Source of the DNA: Cirrosporium novae-zelandiae
Taxonomy: Eukaryota
DNA length: 64,000 bases
Direction of reading: 5' to 3'
Assembly: GCA_026023565.1 (NCBI GenBank)
Contig: JAPETS010000034.1
Span: 186,001-250,000, forward strand
Shown here: positions 1-12,075 of the stretch, piece by piece
How positions within the stretch are numbered: position 1 is the stretch's first letter
How the letters are laid out: the number at the start of each line of letters is the position of its first letter
Notes under the pieces: generated by a model
What the model was told of the DNA's origin: nothing
Databases searched by the model: none
Seen by the model: the letters and a program-made list of their open reading frames with translations, nothing else
Program-made: the position numbers and the translations under genes

Positions 1-365
1 GTCAAGAATTTTGCTGTCTGGCTCCGATATGACTCCCGTTCAGGTACTCACAACATGTATAAAGAGTACCGTGAGATGAGCCGCACGGATGCTGTGGAGG
101 CCATGTATCAGGATATGGCCGCACGACACCGCGCCAGGTTCAGGTCCATTCACGTATGTCTTAACTTTCTAAGCTATATTATTTATTTACTAACAATATG
201 ATCTAGATCCTCAAGGTTGCTGAAATTGAGAAGACGGCAGATGTCAAGAGACCATACCTCAAACAACTTTTGGTCAAGGACCTTAAGTTCCCTCTCCCTC
301 ACCGTGTACCCAAGGTTGGTGGAAAGAAGGTGTTCGCTCCAAGGAGACCAAATACTTTTGCTTAA
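1..365 (+). CDS. RPL20: 60S ribosomal protein eL20 (L20/L18a), 3' portion; 5' end lies outside the window
   Basis: Translates [51 protein letters not shown], then intron 154-206 (GTATGT..CTAAC..TAG), then [25 protein letters not shown]. Confidence 0.96.
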
Positions 366-1187
366 GTGGGGAATGATCAGTGCGTGTGACGAAGTAGGGG
401 AAGGGCACGTGGGGTTTCGCCTCGTCTTTTAGGTGGATAGGGCGATTATGGTGACAACTAGAATACTCAAAAATAAGCTGCATCATGGAAAGTGCAGGTT
501 CAATTAAATGACAATTTTCTACGCACAGGGATATTTTTCTGTTGATGAAAAAAAATATTACAAAATCAAGACTACAGCCTGTCAGGAGAAAAAAAAATCT
601 AGTTATTGATGATGTGTGTCTTCGTCTTCATAGGTAGAAGTAAGGCAGGGGGCACATCTATCCAATTATGGCAATGAGATGTTTGTAGAACTAACGTGAT
701 TAGATATGCTTCCCTTATGCTTCCTTAGATTCCGAAAAGCTTCCAATAATCTTCTATCCGGAGTTCATCATCCCCACCAGACACTTCATTGTGCGTCGCT
801 TGGTTTTACAGCCAAGAATGACCCCAACAACGCCCAAGGCCCAACCCAACATCCCAGTGCCCCCTTAAACCACTTCCAATTCGCGACAGCCTATATCTTT
901 GAGTTTGTTACTGAGGAAATCTGAATCATGAATGTAAACAAGAACCGAATGATTCAAATCACTTGATATTAATATTTCTGTACAGAATGGAACTTGTTTC
1001 ATTCTCAAGCCAAATTGAGACTTATTTACAATTAGCACCTACTTTGTTCGATGTTTTCCAATGGCGCTCTAGGTTTGGAGATCCGCGACTTCCCTGTAAA
1101 GAATGCGACTAATTCAAATAATTCCCAGGCCTTTTCTCATGTGGGAGATATGGAGAGAGGTTGGACAGTAGCATTCCTCAGGACCCC

Positions 1188-3971
1188 ATGGAGAATGCAA
1201 ACAAATCCCTTAATGGCGTTGGACTGAATGGGAGCCGTCCTTCTCGGCTGCCTCGTGGACGTTCAAAACGAAACTCGAACAATTCACCTTCTGCAAATCC
1301 ATCAGCAGCTGGAGAACGTCCAGATCCTTTCAGTCGACAGAACCGACGGCTGCAATTACGCAATGCCGGGTTTCATGGATCTTTCATCTCTACTAGAAAG
1401 ATAAGCCCAAATGCGCCGTCATGGCCAAATATATTTGACGAGAATCGTTGTCCCGATCGCAAGGAGAGTAGCGGTTGTTCGTCGCAAGGACGAATACGTT
1501 ACGGCGAGGATAATCAACCGGCTTCCGTGAGCATACTACAAGAAATCAGTAATTCTACCCAAGGAAGACGACAACATTCACTCTACCTTGGCTCTAGCAT
1601 ATTTCAATACGAATCTACAGAGAAGAAGAATGAAGTTTCGGAGGTTCCAGTTCCCCCTTGGTATTCAGAACTCTTTGCAGATACATCGCCCACGGTTAAA
1701 TCCCAATCAGTTGCTGTGGAGGCGATGAAGTCACACCCAGCTTCATTGCGATCATCTACTCCTCCACCGCTGAGACCCCCGCTGACGCGACGAACGAAGC
1801 TAAACATTAACTTAAGATCGGCTAGCCTCGAGGCTGCTAAATACATTGAGTACCTAGAAAACCAGCTTACCGCAATTCAAACTCAGCAAGATTTGTTACC
1901 ATCGCCTCGGAGACGGGATTCAGAACCAGCCCAGCTGCGAGCGCTAGCCAGTGAAGTACGAATATTGCGCGAGGAGGTTGAGCATTGGGAGAGTCAATTC
2001 GACGAAAGGGTTCGAGAAGAGGTAGATAACCAAGTAGAGGGTCAATCGACGTTAAAGGCGAAGCTCCAAAGTATGGAGAAGGATATGGAAATAAAAGAAA
2101 ACAGGGTCAAGGAATTGGAGCGTGAGGTTGGAAATGTCAATTCCAAACTCAAGGACATGGAAGGACTAGAAGCGACCAATCGAGGCCTTGAAAGACGAGT
2201 TGACGTATTGACTGAGTTATTGGCGCAGACTCCAATCAGGAATAATCGAGCAACTATTGGCTCTGAAAGAAGTGATACTTGGAAATCTCGACGTCCAAGG
2301 TCCATGATGCCTAAATTTCCATCTTCTCCTGCAACTGCCCCACCCATTTCTCAATCCTTCTATCCTCCTATAGTGCAAGATGATCCTCTTAAAAATAAAT
2401 CTTCTACATCAAACCGACAAATTTCTGCTTTACTAAGTGAAGGCCCATCTATCCAACAACCCTTGTCCGAGGAGCTTGGCTCAATTGACTCTGGAATAGG
2501 AAGGTCCTGTTCATCTCATTCAGTTTTGTCGGTATCGTCAAATCATCCTTCTACTATATCAGATCCTCCCATAACACCTTCGGCTTGGGGTCTTCCCCTA
2601 CCATCCAGTGAGCTAAAACCCAAATCTCCCGGTTATCATCGCAAGATGCGCAAGTTCCTCTCTGGGTCAGGTTCATTGAAGCCACTTGTCTTACCAGTCA
2701 CATCTGGAGCCATGACCACTCCCTCATCAGCACCACCCCAGTACACAGGCTTCAGCCCGTATCGTAATATTTCTGAATCATCCCTGGATCCAGTGATATC
2801 TTTCTTATCACACCCAACCGACGCCCTACAAGAGAACACCCCCACACATCCCACTCGGCAACGATTCTCTCCTCCCATGGCCGGGAATGAATTCTCAAAA
2901 GGTGCGACGTTGTTTGAAGATAGTGAAGGGGAACAACAAACCTTTGAAAGGAGCCTGGATGAAGACACTACTATTGTTCCCATAGCTTTGGAATCAGAGG
3001 AATTCATGAACCATATTGCTACGAAGGTTAAGGGGAATTCTTTAAACCAAAAATATGTGGACACTACGCCATTAAGGTTCAGTCCTCGTAACAAACGACA
3101 TATTCAAATTGATGTTGATTTGACACCACGCCCTCTCAGGCGCCGCCCAATGAGGAGGCTGGTCCCTTCCACAACGTCACACAAATCTACTCAGACTCGA
3201 AGAGACTCGACAAGGCATTTCCCTTCCTCGACAATTATTTCGAAGTACGCATGCCACCTCCTGTCAAACTATACCTCTTACATAGCCGAATTTCAAGAGT
3301 TTCGCAAAGATCCTTTCTATATCGCAAGACAAATCATTGCAAATGCTTGGTACTCAAACTGGAGGAGACTTGGTCATTTATCTTGGTGGATCCTGGGCTT
3401 GCTTCTTGGTTCTAAATGGAGAGACGAACAGCAACGCTGCATTCTGCGAGGCTCCGAGGTTACCGAAGACTTCGACTTACAATATCCTTCGTCAGAGCCT
3501 GGCATGAAAACCCACGCCGCTGATGGAACTCTAGTCGCTGGGAAGGCTAGAAAAAGAACTACGAATATTAGAAGTCCCGCAAACGCTATCGCAACATCAA
3601 AGCAATATCAGCGAAAACCTTCTTTTATAGCTTCTCAGCTTAGCCGACTAGGACTCTGGGCTAAATTCTCCGTTGCTCTAGTGTTGGTTATTGGTGTGGC
3701 TATTAAAGAGGGTCCACAAGTACTTTTGTCTCATCCAAAGTGTCCAAGAAAGCATGTCGATGATGCTGTTGCTGATGACTTTGACAATGAGGACCCCTCC
3801 ATCCCACTTGACCAGTACGTTCCGGAAGAAGACGGAACGGTCATCAAAAAGCTGATCAAACACGATAAGTCTAACATCACAAACAGAGACTTTTGGGGCA
3901 TGAGAGATGAAGAAGCTCAAGTCGTCTGGACAAAGCCCCTGGGAGTGGAGGATTTTGAGACCATTTTTTAA
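1188..3971 (+). CDS. Hypothetical protein: central coiled coil, long Ser/Pro-rich region, two C-terminal hydrophobic segments
   Basis: 936-codon ORF (first ATG at 1188). Heptad-rich stretch AAKYIEYLENQL..RRVDVLTELLAQ; hydrophobic WWILGLLLG and LWAKFSVALVLVIGVAI. Confidence 0.8.
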   Translation: MENANKSLNGVGLNGSRPSRLPRGRSKRNSNNSPSANPSAAGERPDPFSRQNRRLQLRNAGFHGSFISTRKISPNAPSWPNIFDENRCPDRKESSGCSSQGRIRYGEDNQPASVSILQEISNSTQGRRQHSLYLGSSIFQYESTEKKNEVSEVPVPPWYSELFADTSPTVKSQSVAVEAMKSHPASLRSSTPPPLRPPLTRRTKLNINLRSASLEAAKYIEYLENQLTAIQTQQDLLPSPRRRDSEPAQLRALASEVRILREEVEHWESQFDERVREEVDNQVEGQSTLKAKLQSMEKDMEIKENRVKELEREVGNVNSKLKDMEGLEATNRGLERRVDVLTELLAQTPIRNNRATIGSERSDTWKSRRPRSMMPKFPSSPATAPPISQSFYPPIVQDDPLKNKSSTSNRQISALLSEGPSIQQPLSEELGSIDSGIGRSCSSHSVLSVSSNHPSTISDPPITPSAWGLPLPSSELKPKSPGYHRKMRKFLSGSGSLKPLVLPVTSGAMTTPSSAPPQYTGFSPYRNISESSLDPVISFLSHPTDALQENTPTHPTRQRFSPPMAGNEFSKGATLFEDSEGEQQTFERSLDEDTTIVPIALESEEFMNHIATKVKGNSLNQKYVDTTPLRFSPRNKRHIQIDVDLTPRPLRRRPMRRLVPSTTSHKSTQTRRDSTRHFPSSTIISKYACHLLSNYTSYIAEFQEFRKDPFYIARQIIANAWYSNWRRLGHLSWWILGLLLGSKWRDEQQRCILRGSEVTEDFDLQYPSSEPGMKTHAADGTLVAGKARKRTTNIRSPANAIATSKQYQRKPSFIASQLSRLGLWAKFSVALVLVIGVAIKEGPQVLLSHPKCPRKHVDDAVADDFDNEDPSIPLDQYVPEEDGTVIKKLIKHDKSNITNRDFWGMRDEEAQVVWTKPLGVEDFETIF

Positions 3972-4853
3972 AGCCACGATTGAAATTGTGAACAGGTGAT
4001 CGTTCGCCTCAAAAACAAAATAATACACAAAGACAACAACAGAAAGAGATACCTTATTTCCCATTTTCTTTTCAGCCTCTTCCTTAGGGTTGGCTATGGA
4101 ACATACGCTTCTATGCTTTCCCGAAATGGAAAAGGGGAAAAAAAATTTACTATGCAACACGACCTTTCCTTTTTCTTCTAATGGTGGAAATGAATTTACG
4201 AGATTATGGATTTTGCTATTGCTATTGTTAATTCCGATTACCTACTGCCAACTGCGACTGCTAAACAAGCACCTCTGGTTTTCTTTTTGTTTCCTTTTTC
4301 GGTTGGTTATTAGGAAAGGATAGGGTAGGGTAGGCGGTAAAGAGGGGCAAGGCGTTCACTTTTTCTTTTGCCTAATGGCGAAAAATGAGCTTTGTGTGGT
4401 CTGTTAGTTTTTCGTGATACCTTTTAACTCAAAAGAAAGAGGGAGGGAGAGTTACTTAGTTAGAGATTAATTAGTAGGGCGAGACAATGAATAATATTGA
4501 TTTATTATCTTAATTGGTGTGCATTGTTTTTATTTATTTTTAATCCAGGGGTTCCTTTTCAGGGGAGAGAGAGAGAGGTTAGATATTGATAAATAATAAT
4601 CCAGAGTGGCAATACCTTCCTCATTTTTCTTTATTTTGGTATATAGCAATTAGAGTTTCGCATTATCTATAAATTGGGACCCCGACACTGGTCTATGGCG
4701 TCACGGTCGGCAATCAACATTTCAAAAAACTCAGCCACAATGCTCGAGTTCATATAAAGTATAGACTAGATCTCGACCCTGACAATGATAGTCTAATAAT
4801 TTACCTGGATAATTAGACTATATTTTAGTAATTGCAATTCTTGCTATTTCATC

Positions 4854-5939
4854 ATGGGCATATTTCGCTCCCTCAAGGGAAATTTCCCTTCTCATATTGG
4901 GGGCGACTCGTCCTCTTCAACTAGTCAATATTCCACCCAAAATGAGAAGAATCGAGTATTCTCATCTTCCACAACCCAAGAAACGTTTAGCCCTCCTCTA
5001 AGGCCACCTCCCTCACATCAAACATTCTATGAGCCTCCGCCTGGACCGCCGCCTTCTCATAGTACTAATGATACATCTAACCAAGCCCCTTACCATGACT
5101 GGACTTCGATTCCAGATACAGCTCTCCTCCCACCACCTCCTTCAGTAGGCTATGATACATCCCCAAGCGGAAATGCGTCACACTCAGCCGCCCAGGCTGC
5201 CGAAGATTGGTGCCGCGTGACTCCGTTATACAACCCAAGCCAACCAAGCCCTCAAGTCTATGACAGTATTCGTCAAAATGACGTCCGTCTAGCTGCACCC
5301 CGCGAATTTTCCGGCGACATTAAGTATCAGCGTGCTGGAGTATACAAATGCTCGACCCATAGCGGAGCTGGCGATTCCTGCATTGTTAGCAGTCTCCCAG
5401 TATATTTTGCTCTCGCTGATACGCCATTCAATACCGAAGTCACAAAAACGATATATTTTGAAGTCCGAATCCGTTCCCTCGGGAGACCAAAACACAGGGA
5501 TGATTGCGCTGTCGCGATTGGGTTTCTCTCACAGCCATATCCTACTTGGAGGTTACCCGGGTGGGAAAGGGCTAGTCTAGGTGTACACGGAGATGATGGA
5601 CGACGCTATGTCAATGATCCATGGGGTGGTAAAAATTTCACAGATCCATTCAATGTCGGGGAGACTGTCGGAGTTGGCATGAGATTTCATCTTCCCTTAG
5701 AACCACCTTTATACAATGAAAAAGAAGGAGAGAGAAGAAAAGCAAAGGTAGAGGTCTTCTTCACACGAGATGGTAGGGAAGATGGTGGATGGAATCTTGA
5801 TGAAGAATTGGATCAAAAGCTAGATCGAGGACCAGATGGGTTACAAGGAGATTTTGATCTGTATGCTGCGATTGGAGTGTTTGGAAAAGTGGAATTTGAA
5901 GCTATTTTCAACAGTACGGAGTGGCTCTATCGACCATAA
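4854..5939 (+). CDS. SPRY-domain protein with Pro-rich N-terminus
   Basis: Intronless 361-aa ORF with SPRY motifs IYFEVRI, LPGWERASLGVHGDDGRRY, GETVGVG, VFFTRDG, LYAAIG. Confidence 0.88.
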   Translation: MGIFRSLKGNFPSHIGGDSSSSTSQYSTQNEKNRVFSSSTTQETFSPPLRPPPSHQTFYEPPPGPPPSHSTNDTSNQAPYHDWTSIPDTALLPPPPSVGYDTSPSGNASHSAAQAAEDWCRVTPLYNPSQPSPQVYDSIRQNDVRLAAPREFSGDIKYQRAGVYKCSTHSGAGDSCIVSSLPVYFALADTPFNTEVTKTIYFEVRIRSLGRPKHRDDCAVAIGFLSQPYPTWRLPGWERASLGVHGDDGRRYVNDPWGGKNFTDPFNVGETVGVGMRFHLPLEPPLYNEKEGERRKAKVEVFFTRDGREDGGWNLDEELDQKLDRGPDGLQGDFDLYAAIGVFGKVEFEAIFNSTEWLYRP

Positions 5940-6187
5940 AATTATCCAAACCTCAAAAGGTAAAGCAATATTTGAATTTTTGAAATTTTTTTATGAAGTT
6001 TGTGTTTAATGCAGATGAAGATTCGCTAAAACCAACAAACAGTCCATATTGCGATAAGGAAATTCTCGCAAACCTAAAGACCAGTGTTACAGTAATATCA
6101 CCGCCATCTGGTAAGCACCAAATGAAGCAACGATCAAAAAAGACTGAGGCCCACTCAGATTAGTGTAAACCTCAAAACGGCATGAGC

Positions 6188-6219
<32 letters not shown>
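6188..6219. repeat. (TGAT)8 microsatellite
   Basis: Perfect tetranucleotide run about 200 bp upstream of the methyltransferase ATG. Confidence 0.9.
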
Positions 6220-6417
6220 CTACTGCGCACTGACTTCTTTTTTGACTAAGTTAAGGTTCTTTCTTCATTTGTCACTCAATTTTTCTTTACATATCTCTCA
6301 ATATGATCTACATCAAGGTCATTACTTCACTACTAAATCTTGCTTCCTGCTTACGAATCCTTGCCGTAGCCATCACACTTACTATCTCCCCTTCAATCAG
6401 CTTCCTGCGTCGTTGTC

Positions 6418-7934
6418 ATGGGTTCCCTTAGTGAATCTGACGATGCCTCTGAGTTACTCCATGGTAGGGTTCCTCCAACTATTTTATTTACTTTTTGGAA
6501 TATAATATTAACTGATCTTCCTATTGCTAAAGGATAGTCCTTGATCTACCCCAGTTGTACGAGAAACCGACAGCCCAAGTCCTTCTCCATACGCTGAAGA
6601 CAATTGCATTAGAAAACCCAACGTTAGAGACTAGCCACCATAATAAGAAGAGTCTTGTTGTTTCTAATCGACAAGTGGATCGAGTCGAATTCGCACGATA
6701 TCTTACTTCGATTATTGCCAGCCGCCTTACTTGGATGAATGAAAGTGAGAAGGAGCAGGTTTGGAATACTGCTGCAGCAAGGCTTAGTGAACAATCCGGA
6801 GAAACAGGTAAGTAAGCGTTAACAAACTTTCTGGAAGGTGGCTTTCCTATGATAGATGCATAATCTATCAGTTTGCCCACAGTTTTCCTTGGTACAGCTC
6901 ATTTATATGTATGAAGAATTTCGACAGAACAAAGTTGACTAATGAGTTTCATTAAAGCCATGTCTGATCGAACCGAGATATTCAAATTTCCTATTGATGA
7001 TACCACGTATGCTTCGTTTAAGATCCGATCGCCAGGCATCACTGAGGACAATCTTGGCCACAAGATATGGCCCTCTACCCATGTTATGGGGGGTAATCTG
7101 AATAACCCAAACTTGAAAGCACTTCTCCCACACTCACCTAAAGTTTTGGAGCTCGGTTCTGGTGTTGGACTTCTCGGTTTGGCCGCCGCGACAATTTGGG
7201 AAGCGGATTGTACACTTACTGATATGAGATCTATTGTGGACAACCTTGCCTACAACGTGGACGCAAATCGAAAGACTGTCGAATTACATGGAGGGAAGGT
7301 ATCTGCGCATATCCTTGAATGGGATGATGAAGGAAGCTTTCCCAAAAATGAGGATGAACGTTATTCAGTTGTGCTGGGAGCGGATCTATTATATTCAGAA
7401 GATCATGCAATATTGGTTTCGAACATGATAGATAAGTGGCTTTGTCACTCTCCTGACGCTGTTGCCATCACGGCGTTTCCCGAACGTGATGGATATGAAA
7501 CCCAGCTTGAGACCTTTCGAGAAAAAATGTGGTATCTGGGATTCCAAGTGATAGGCGATCGTTCACAGTGGGGTGTCGGTGATGCCAAATTCGCAAATGG
7601 CGAGAGTCAAGCCTTTCTTTGCCATATGAAGGTGTGGAAACGCAAAGAATTTGTATGCCAATCCACGGATGGACCTGAGATCATTGAGAGGAATCCAAGT
7701 GAAACCAAGCTGACGAATGCAACAATTCAGATATTTGATACCGAAAATGCTGGCACGGAGAGCCCTGACCCACTACAGACAACTAAATCTTTATGCAGCA
7801 GCGGTCACAGCACGATTGCAGCAAGCAGTGGGGGGGCTTCGCCTTCCAGTGGCGGAGACTCGGAACTAGAATTGGAGGACCTGACAATGAAACTTAAGGA
7901 AGCCGAGCTCGAAAAGGCTACAGACATGAGTTAA
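6418..7934 (+). CDS. Rrg1-like protein-lysine N-methyltransferase (class I SAM-dependent, Methyltransf_16 type)
   Basis: Exons MGSLSES.. / VLDLPQLYEKP..RLSEQSGET / AMSDR..; introns about 6464-6537 and 6808-6957. Motifs DNLGHKIW, VLELGSGVGLLG, LTD, LEW, VLGADLLY. Confidence 0.85.
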
Positions 7935-8669
7935 AGATTCCGGTTTGTTAGGAGGCCTCCCCCATATTTCAGTTGCTTCTGATTGGACTCTGGTTATGAC
8001 GTGATGATAGGATTTTCTGTTTCCTTTCTTGTTGGTTGAATATGGTCTCAGCAGTTGCATATTCGAGCCCTCCCTTCACGATTCTTGGTGCACATGCTGC
8101 TTTTCTCTTTCTTGCATTTCCGCAGGTTGGAGTGTCATGGTTTGCGCAGCAAGTATTGGCTCATTTTGTGTTCCATAAAGCCAAACTAGAACATCTGCAA
8201 TAGCGATATGATATACTATGATGGTTATGATAGATTATAGAATATAGATTTCCAATTAGTTATGTGGAAAATGGAAACTAAGCAGGCGTATGACTTAAAA
8301 AAAAACTTATTTGTTGTTTTTATTTTAGATATAATTATATATGTAGAAAGTAGGTTTGTGGTCTCTATTTTATGACAATATATTTCTTTCATTTCTTTGT
8401 ATTATCTTAATGGTGAATGGTAAATCGAATGTACCTAAGGATTAGGTATTGAAAAGGAGTTCTCAATCTATATGGACAAGATGCTTAGACATTAAAACCT
8501 ATTCCCCTTTCGTTTCACACCTTGCATTTTCTCAAAGGAGGATATTAGCTTGGCCCGAAAATAAAAGAAAAAGAAAGAAAAGAAAAGAAATTTGTTACGA
8601 TCACTTAATTAGATAGAATTTAGTGTTGGTCATATACGATATATAGAATAATACATACCGTATTTTACG

Positions 8670-8853
8670 TGTCATGTAAGGATTATAAAATAGGTCAGAT
8701 AACCATTTTCAGGCAGACTCAGGCCATCAAGTTCTTTGATGAATAATATTGAAGCCTCAAGATCTTATCATTGGACCAATAATTAAGCCTTTCAAGCACT
8801 ACCCTCCCTGCTAATTAGCGTGTAACCATCCGACACCAGTTTAAGAAATAACA
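8670..8853 (+). mobile_element. Solo LTR, family A copy 1, followed by a partial degenerate second copy (about 8855-8921)
   Basis: Termini TGTCAT...ATAACA (TG..CA short inverted ends) and an internal TATAAAA. Aligns end to end with 36282-36452. No matching TSD seen. Confidence 0.75.
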
Positions 8854-10243
8854 CTGAGTCCTCAAGATCTTATTATTGGAACCAATTGACCTTTCAGCAT
8901 TATTCTCTTTCCTTGCTAGCGAAGCGCTATTTGTGGACGGTTCTAGTAGATGAAGTTTTTTCGTGAGTTCGGAAGTTCCGTTGTATATCAAGCATACAAA
9001 GATTCTATTGCATAACGCGTACTGTATATACTGTACGTATACAAAAATAAATACATATCAAATAGTCTATACGGTATCTCGGGCTCCAATACTATGCAAG
9101 TTAGAAATCTTACATCAGGGTTCCTAACCCCTAATGAGTGAGTGTGATCTGTATGTGCATCATACCTTATAGATAGAGAGAGAGAGGGAGGGGTGTGTTA
9201 ATGAAGATATAAAATGAATGACAGACCGATTGAGCAGTAGCCAACCATCATTATCATCGTCACTATCACTATCACTCGAAACCAAACACTCGTCCCCTTA
9301 CTTTGACTTGGACAACGAACAACACACATCGGATCCTCCTTTCTTGATACTTGAAAACCACATAAGTCAAGCACAAGCGCAAGCACGCACCCTTCACTGA
9401 TGGTTAAGCTGATAAACCGTATGATAAGGCTGGCTGGTCTTTCCTTGAGGTCTCCGCTATGGGGGAGGATTCTTCCCCTTTCTTCCACCATCCTTTAGCT
9501 TCTATCTATATCCATCCACCCCAGCAGCGGGCGGATGGCAAGATTAATAAGCTTTATAATAAGCTTATCTCGTGCATGCATGCTCGAACGACCGACTAGC
9601 TCGCTGGTTGCGACGGTTCTATATAGAATATAGCTGGATTTCCCCTTTGCTAGATATATGATTAATTGAGCGGCCATTTTTCTCTCTCTATGGTTCCGAG
9701 AAGGTCCTCCTAGTAGATCCCTGGATTCCAACAGCGGGTCCGCTGGTATTTCCGGTTTTGCCATATTGTGAATTGTATTTCCAGGATGTAGCTTGCTGCA
9801 GTTCGGTGTGCATAATAGTTATCTGGAAAAGAGATAGTCTTAGGTTAAGCCAATAAGGTTTTTGTGAGTTGCAGATCCGCTGAAGAAGGGATTGTTCGTT
9901 TTCTTTGGGGAGAAGGTGTACCGAATTAGAAATAGGTACCACACAAGTACGGTATTAGTGGAAGGGATAGAGAGAGAAAGTTGTCGCTGGCTTGCAAAGA
10001 AGAATCCTGAGTCTTGAATTCCAAAGTGGATTGGTCATCTTATGACCTGACACACTTGGTTGAATACTCTAATCAAGGATGACCTTTTGTTTTTTTGCTT
10101 CAACTAAATTCCTTTGAAGAGTGCTTTTTTTTTGCCTGCAGGACAACATAGTTGTAAGCGTGTTATTTGATCATATTATAAAATTTATCTTCATATGTTT
10201 TTGAACGCATCATATGACTGCCAAGTTTATGCCAAGGCCCACC

Positions 10244-10612
10244 CAGGGAAGGGAATAGACCAGACCGACCAGACCGAACCCCTTAGTCTGGTCGGTCTAC
10301 CCACGGAGAGGCTCGGTCTGGTCGGTCTATAGATCGTCTGGTCATATGGTACGATCATATGACACAGGCGGCGCGGAGCGCGGGGAAATTTTACCACCCA
10401 GATTCGCAACACCGTATCTTATCTCCACGTGATAACACGTGGACATAAGATGTATACGGAATCAAACGCCGAGCTCCGATACCCCAACAACCTTCAACAC
10501 CTCAAAAATATTCCCCCCACCCTATAATTCGCATTTATATAGATTAAATATATCTTGAGCACTTTCGGTCCGAGTCAGGTCGTCTATTCAGTCTGGCTGA
10601 TTCCCTTCGCTG
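10244..10612. mobile_element. Non-autonomous hAT-like element (MITE), 369 bp
   Basis: 13-bp TIRs CAGGGAAGGGAAT / ATTCCCTTCGCTG (1 mismatch). Flanks AGGCCCACC / AGGCCACC (8-bp TSD with one indel). Clustered subterminal GACCAGACCGA repeats in both orientations. Confidence 0.8.
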
Positions 10613-10724
10613 AGGCCACCGGCTTTTGTGTTTGGTCTGCACCATATAGAGAAGTACATGTCTGGCAAGTCGAACACGCATATTATATTTAACAACCCAG
10701 TAAAGGGATTAGATAGGCATAATG

Positions 10725-11466
10725 TCATTGTCTAGGGATGTCAGGCTGATGATAGTACCTCATGTCTGGCGTAAAGTCAAAATGTAAACCAAAATCGTTT
10801 GAAGCACCCGTACTAGAGGTCGGATATGAAAGATGGTCGTCAATAGTGTCTTTCCAGTTGGCTGTCGATGGAGGCACAAGTTGTGAAGGAAAAATAGCTT
10901 CTTGATATGCCTGGGTAGGCATTACCTGGGCCACAGGATGGGTTGATTGAAACCCAGAGACGTTGAGATCTGACATTTTAGTTTCTAAAGGGGTCGTCGA
11001 GTAGTAGCAGATATCAGATTTCTCAGCGGAAGAACCTAGAGTAGAGGTTGGAGATGCTGATGAGCTATGTCGATGTCGTTCACCATGACAAGGCGTTTTG
11101 GCCTCGATCAAAGCCTCCAGGGCAGCGACCGAGGAAGTCGTGGTAAGGGGGACGTCGCTGTGGCGCATGAAATGTTCGATTTCTGTCTCCTCGACGCCGT
11201 GCTGGCGTAAAAGTTGGCGCAAACGTTTGTTTTCGTCAGCAACCTTTCTGGCAGCCGTCTGCAGTTCCGACGAAGCTTGGATTCCGTTCAGCTCGCAGTT
11301 CCGGAATTTCCTCTCCAGATCTTGTAGATATTCTTTTCTCCGGGCTCTTGAACGCCTTTGATTCTCGCGAATACGAGCGAGATTCTTCTCATCCTGTGGG
11401 AAGTAACTCCACGGTCAGTTTGATGCTGGGCACCAAGTCAAAGCATACACCTACCGTGCTAGGCAT
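10725..11466 (-). CDS. bZIP transcription factor
   Basis: MPST, then intron 11394-11454, then DEKNLARIRENQRRSRARRKEYLQDLERKFRNCE..ARKVADENKRLRQLL (basic region plus zipper), continuing into the 10725-11222 ORF. Confidence 0.88.
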
Positions 11467-12025
11467 TTTCTCTTGCGAATTGCCCCTCGATGGACTCAGG
11501 AGGTGGCACTTGGAACTCCTTAATAAGATGCAAGGACAAGGATGCTGCCATCAACTAGATCGGGCAAGGCCAAGGAATGGATAAATGAATTGGCGGGTCG
11601 GTTGTTGAAAAAAGAGGCATACGAAGCTGAAATGGTTGGTCGAAGAAAGATGGAAGAAATGGAATTAATTAATTTTCTATAAAAGAAATAGGGTGGGAAG
11701 ATCGCGTGGCATTTCAAGTGGCACACTGGGGCTGAGGTCTCGAAGTAGTAAATGTACATCCGACCGGGATTGCTACTTTGCCTAGCAAGACCGCAGCAAG
11801 GCCGTAGCAATACGGCCTCTAGTATCTGTACATAGCCTCATCGGCCAGTAAACATGTGTCATAATTAGTACGTAAAAAGCTTTCTATCGGGGGCACCTCA
11901 ATAAGTCCATATAAATTATCTTTTCGTTTTATGTCTTACCGACCTGAACGCTGAACACGATCGACCACGTAATCACCTAATTACAGAAAGATAATCCAAA
12001 ATAGAGAAAAGCATAGCATAAACTA

Positions 12026-12075
12026 ACTTTTCGAAGCTTTTCCTAAGCTTTTCCAAGCTTTTCCTAGCTTTCCTA
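12026..12075. repeat. Short tandem array of about 5 imperfect AGCTTTTCC units
   Basis: aacttttcg-aagcttttcct-aagcttttcc-aagcttttcct-agctttccta, between nirA's 3' end and the bZIP start. Confidence 0.75.

Noticed and set aside
9200..10090. Possible RIP-degraded retroelement internal region next to the LTR
   Set aside because: Stop-rich frames but no recognisable gag, RT or integrase motif; cannot be supported.
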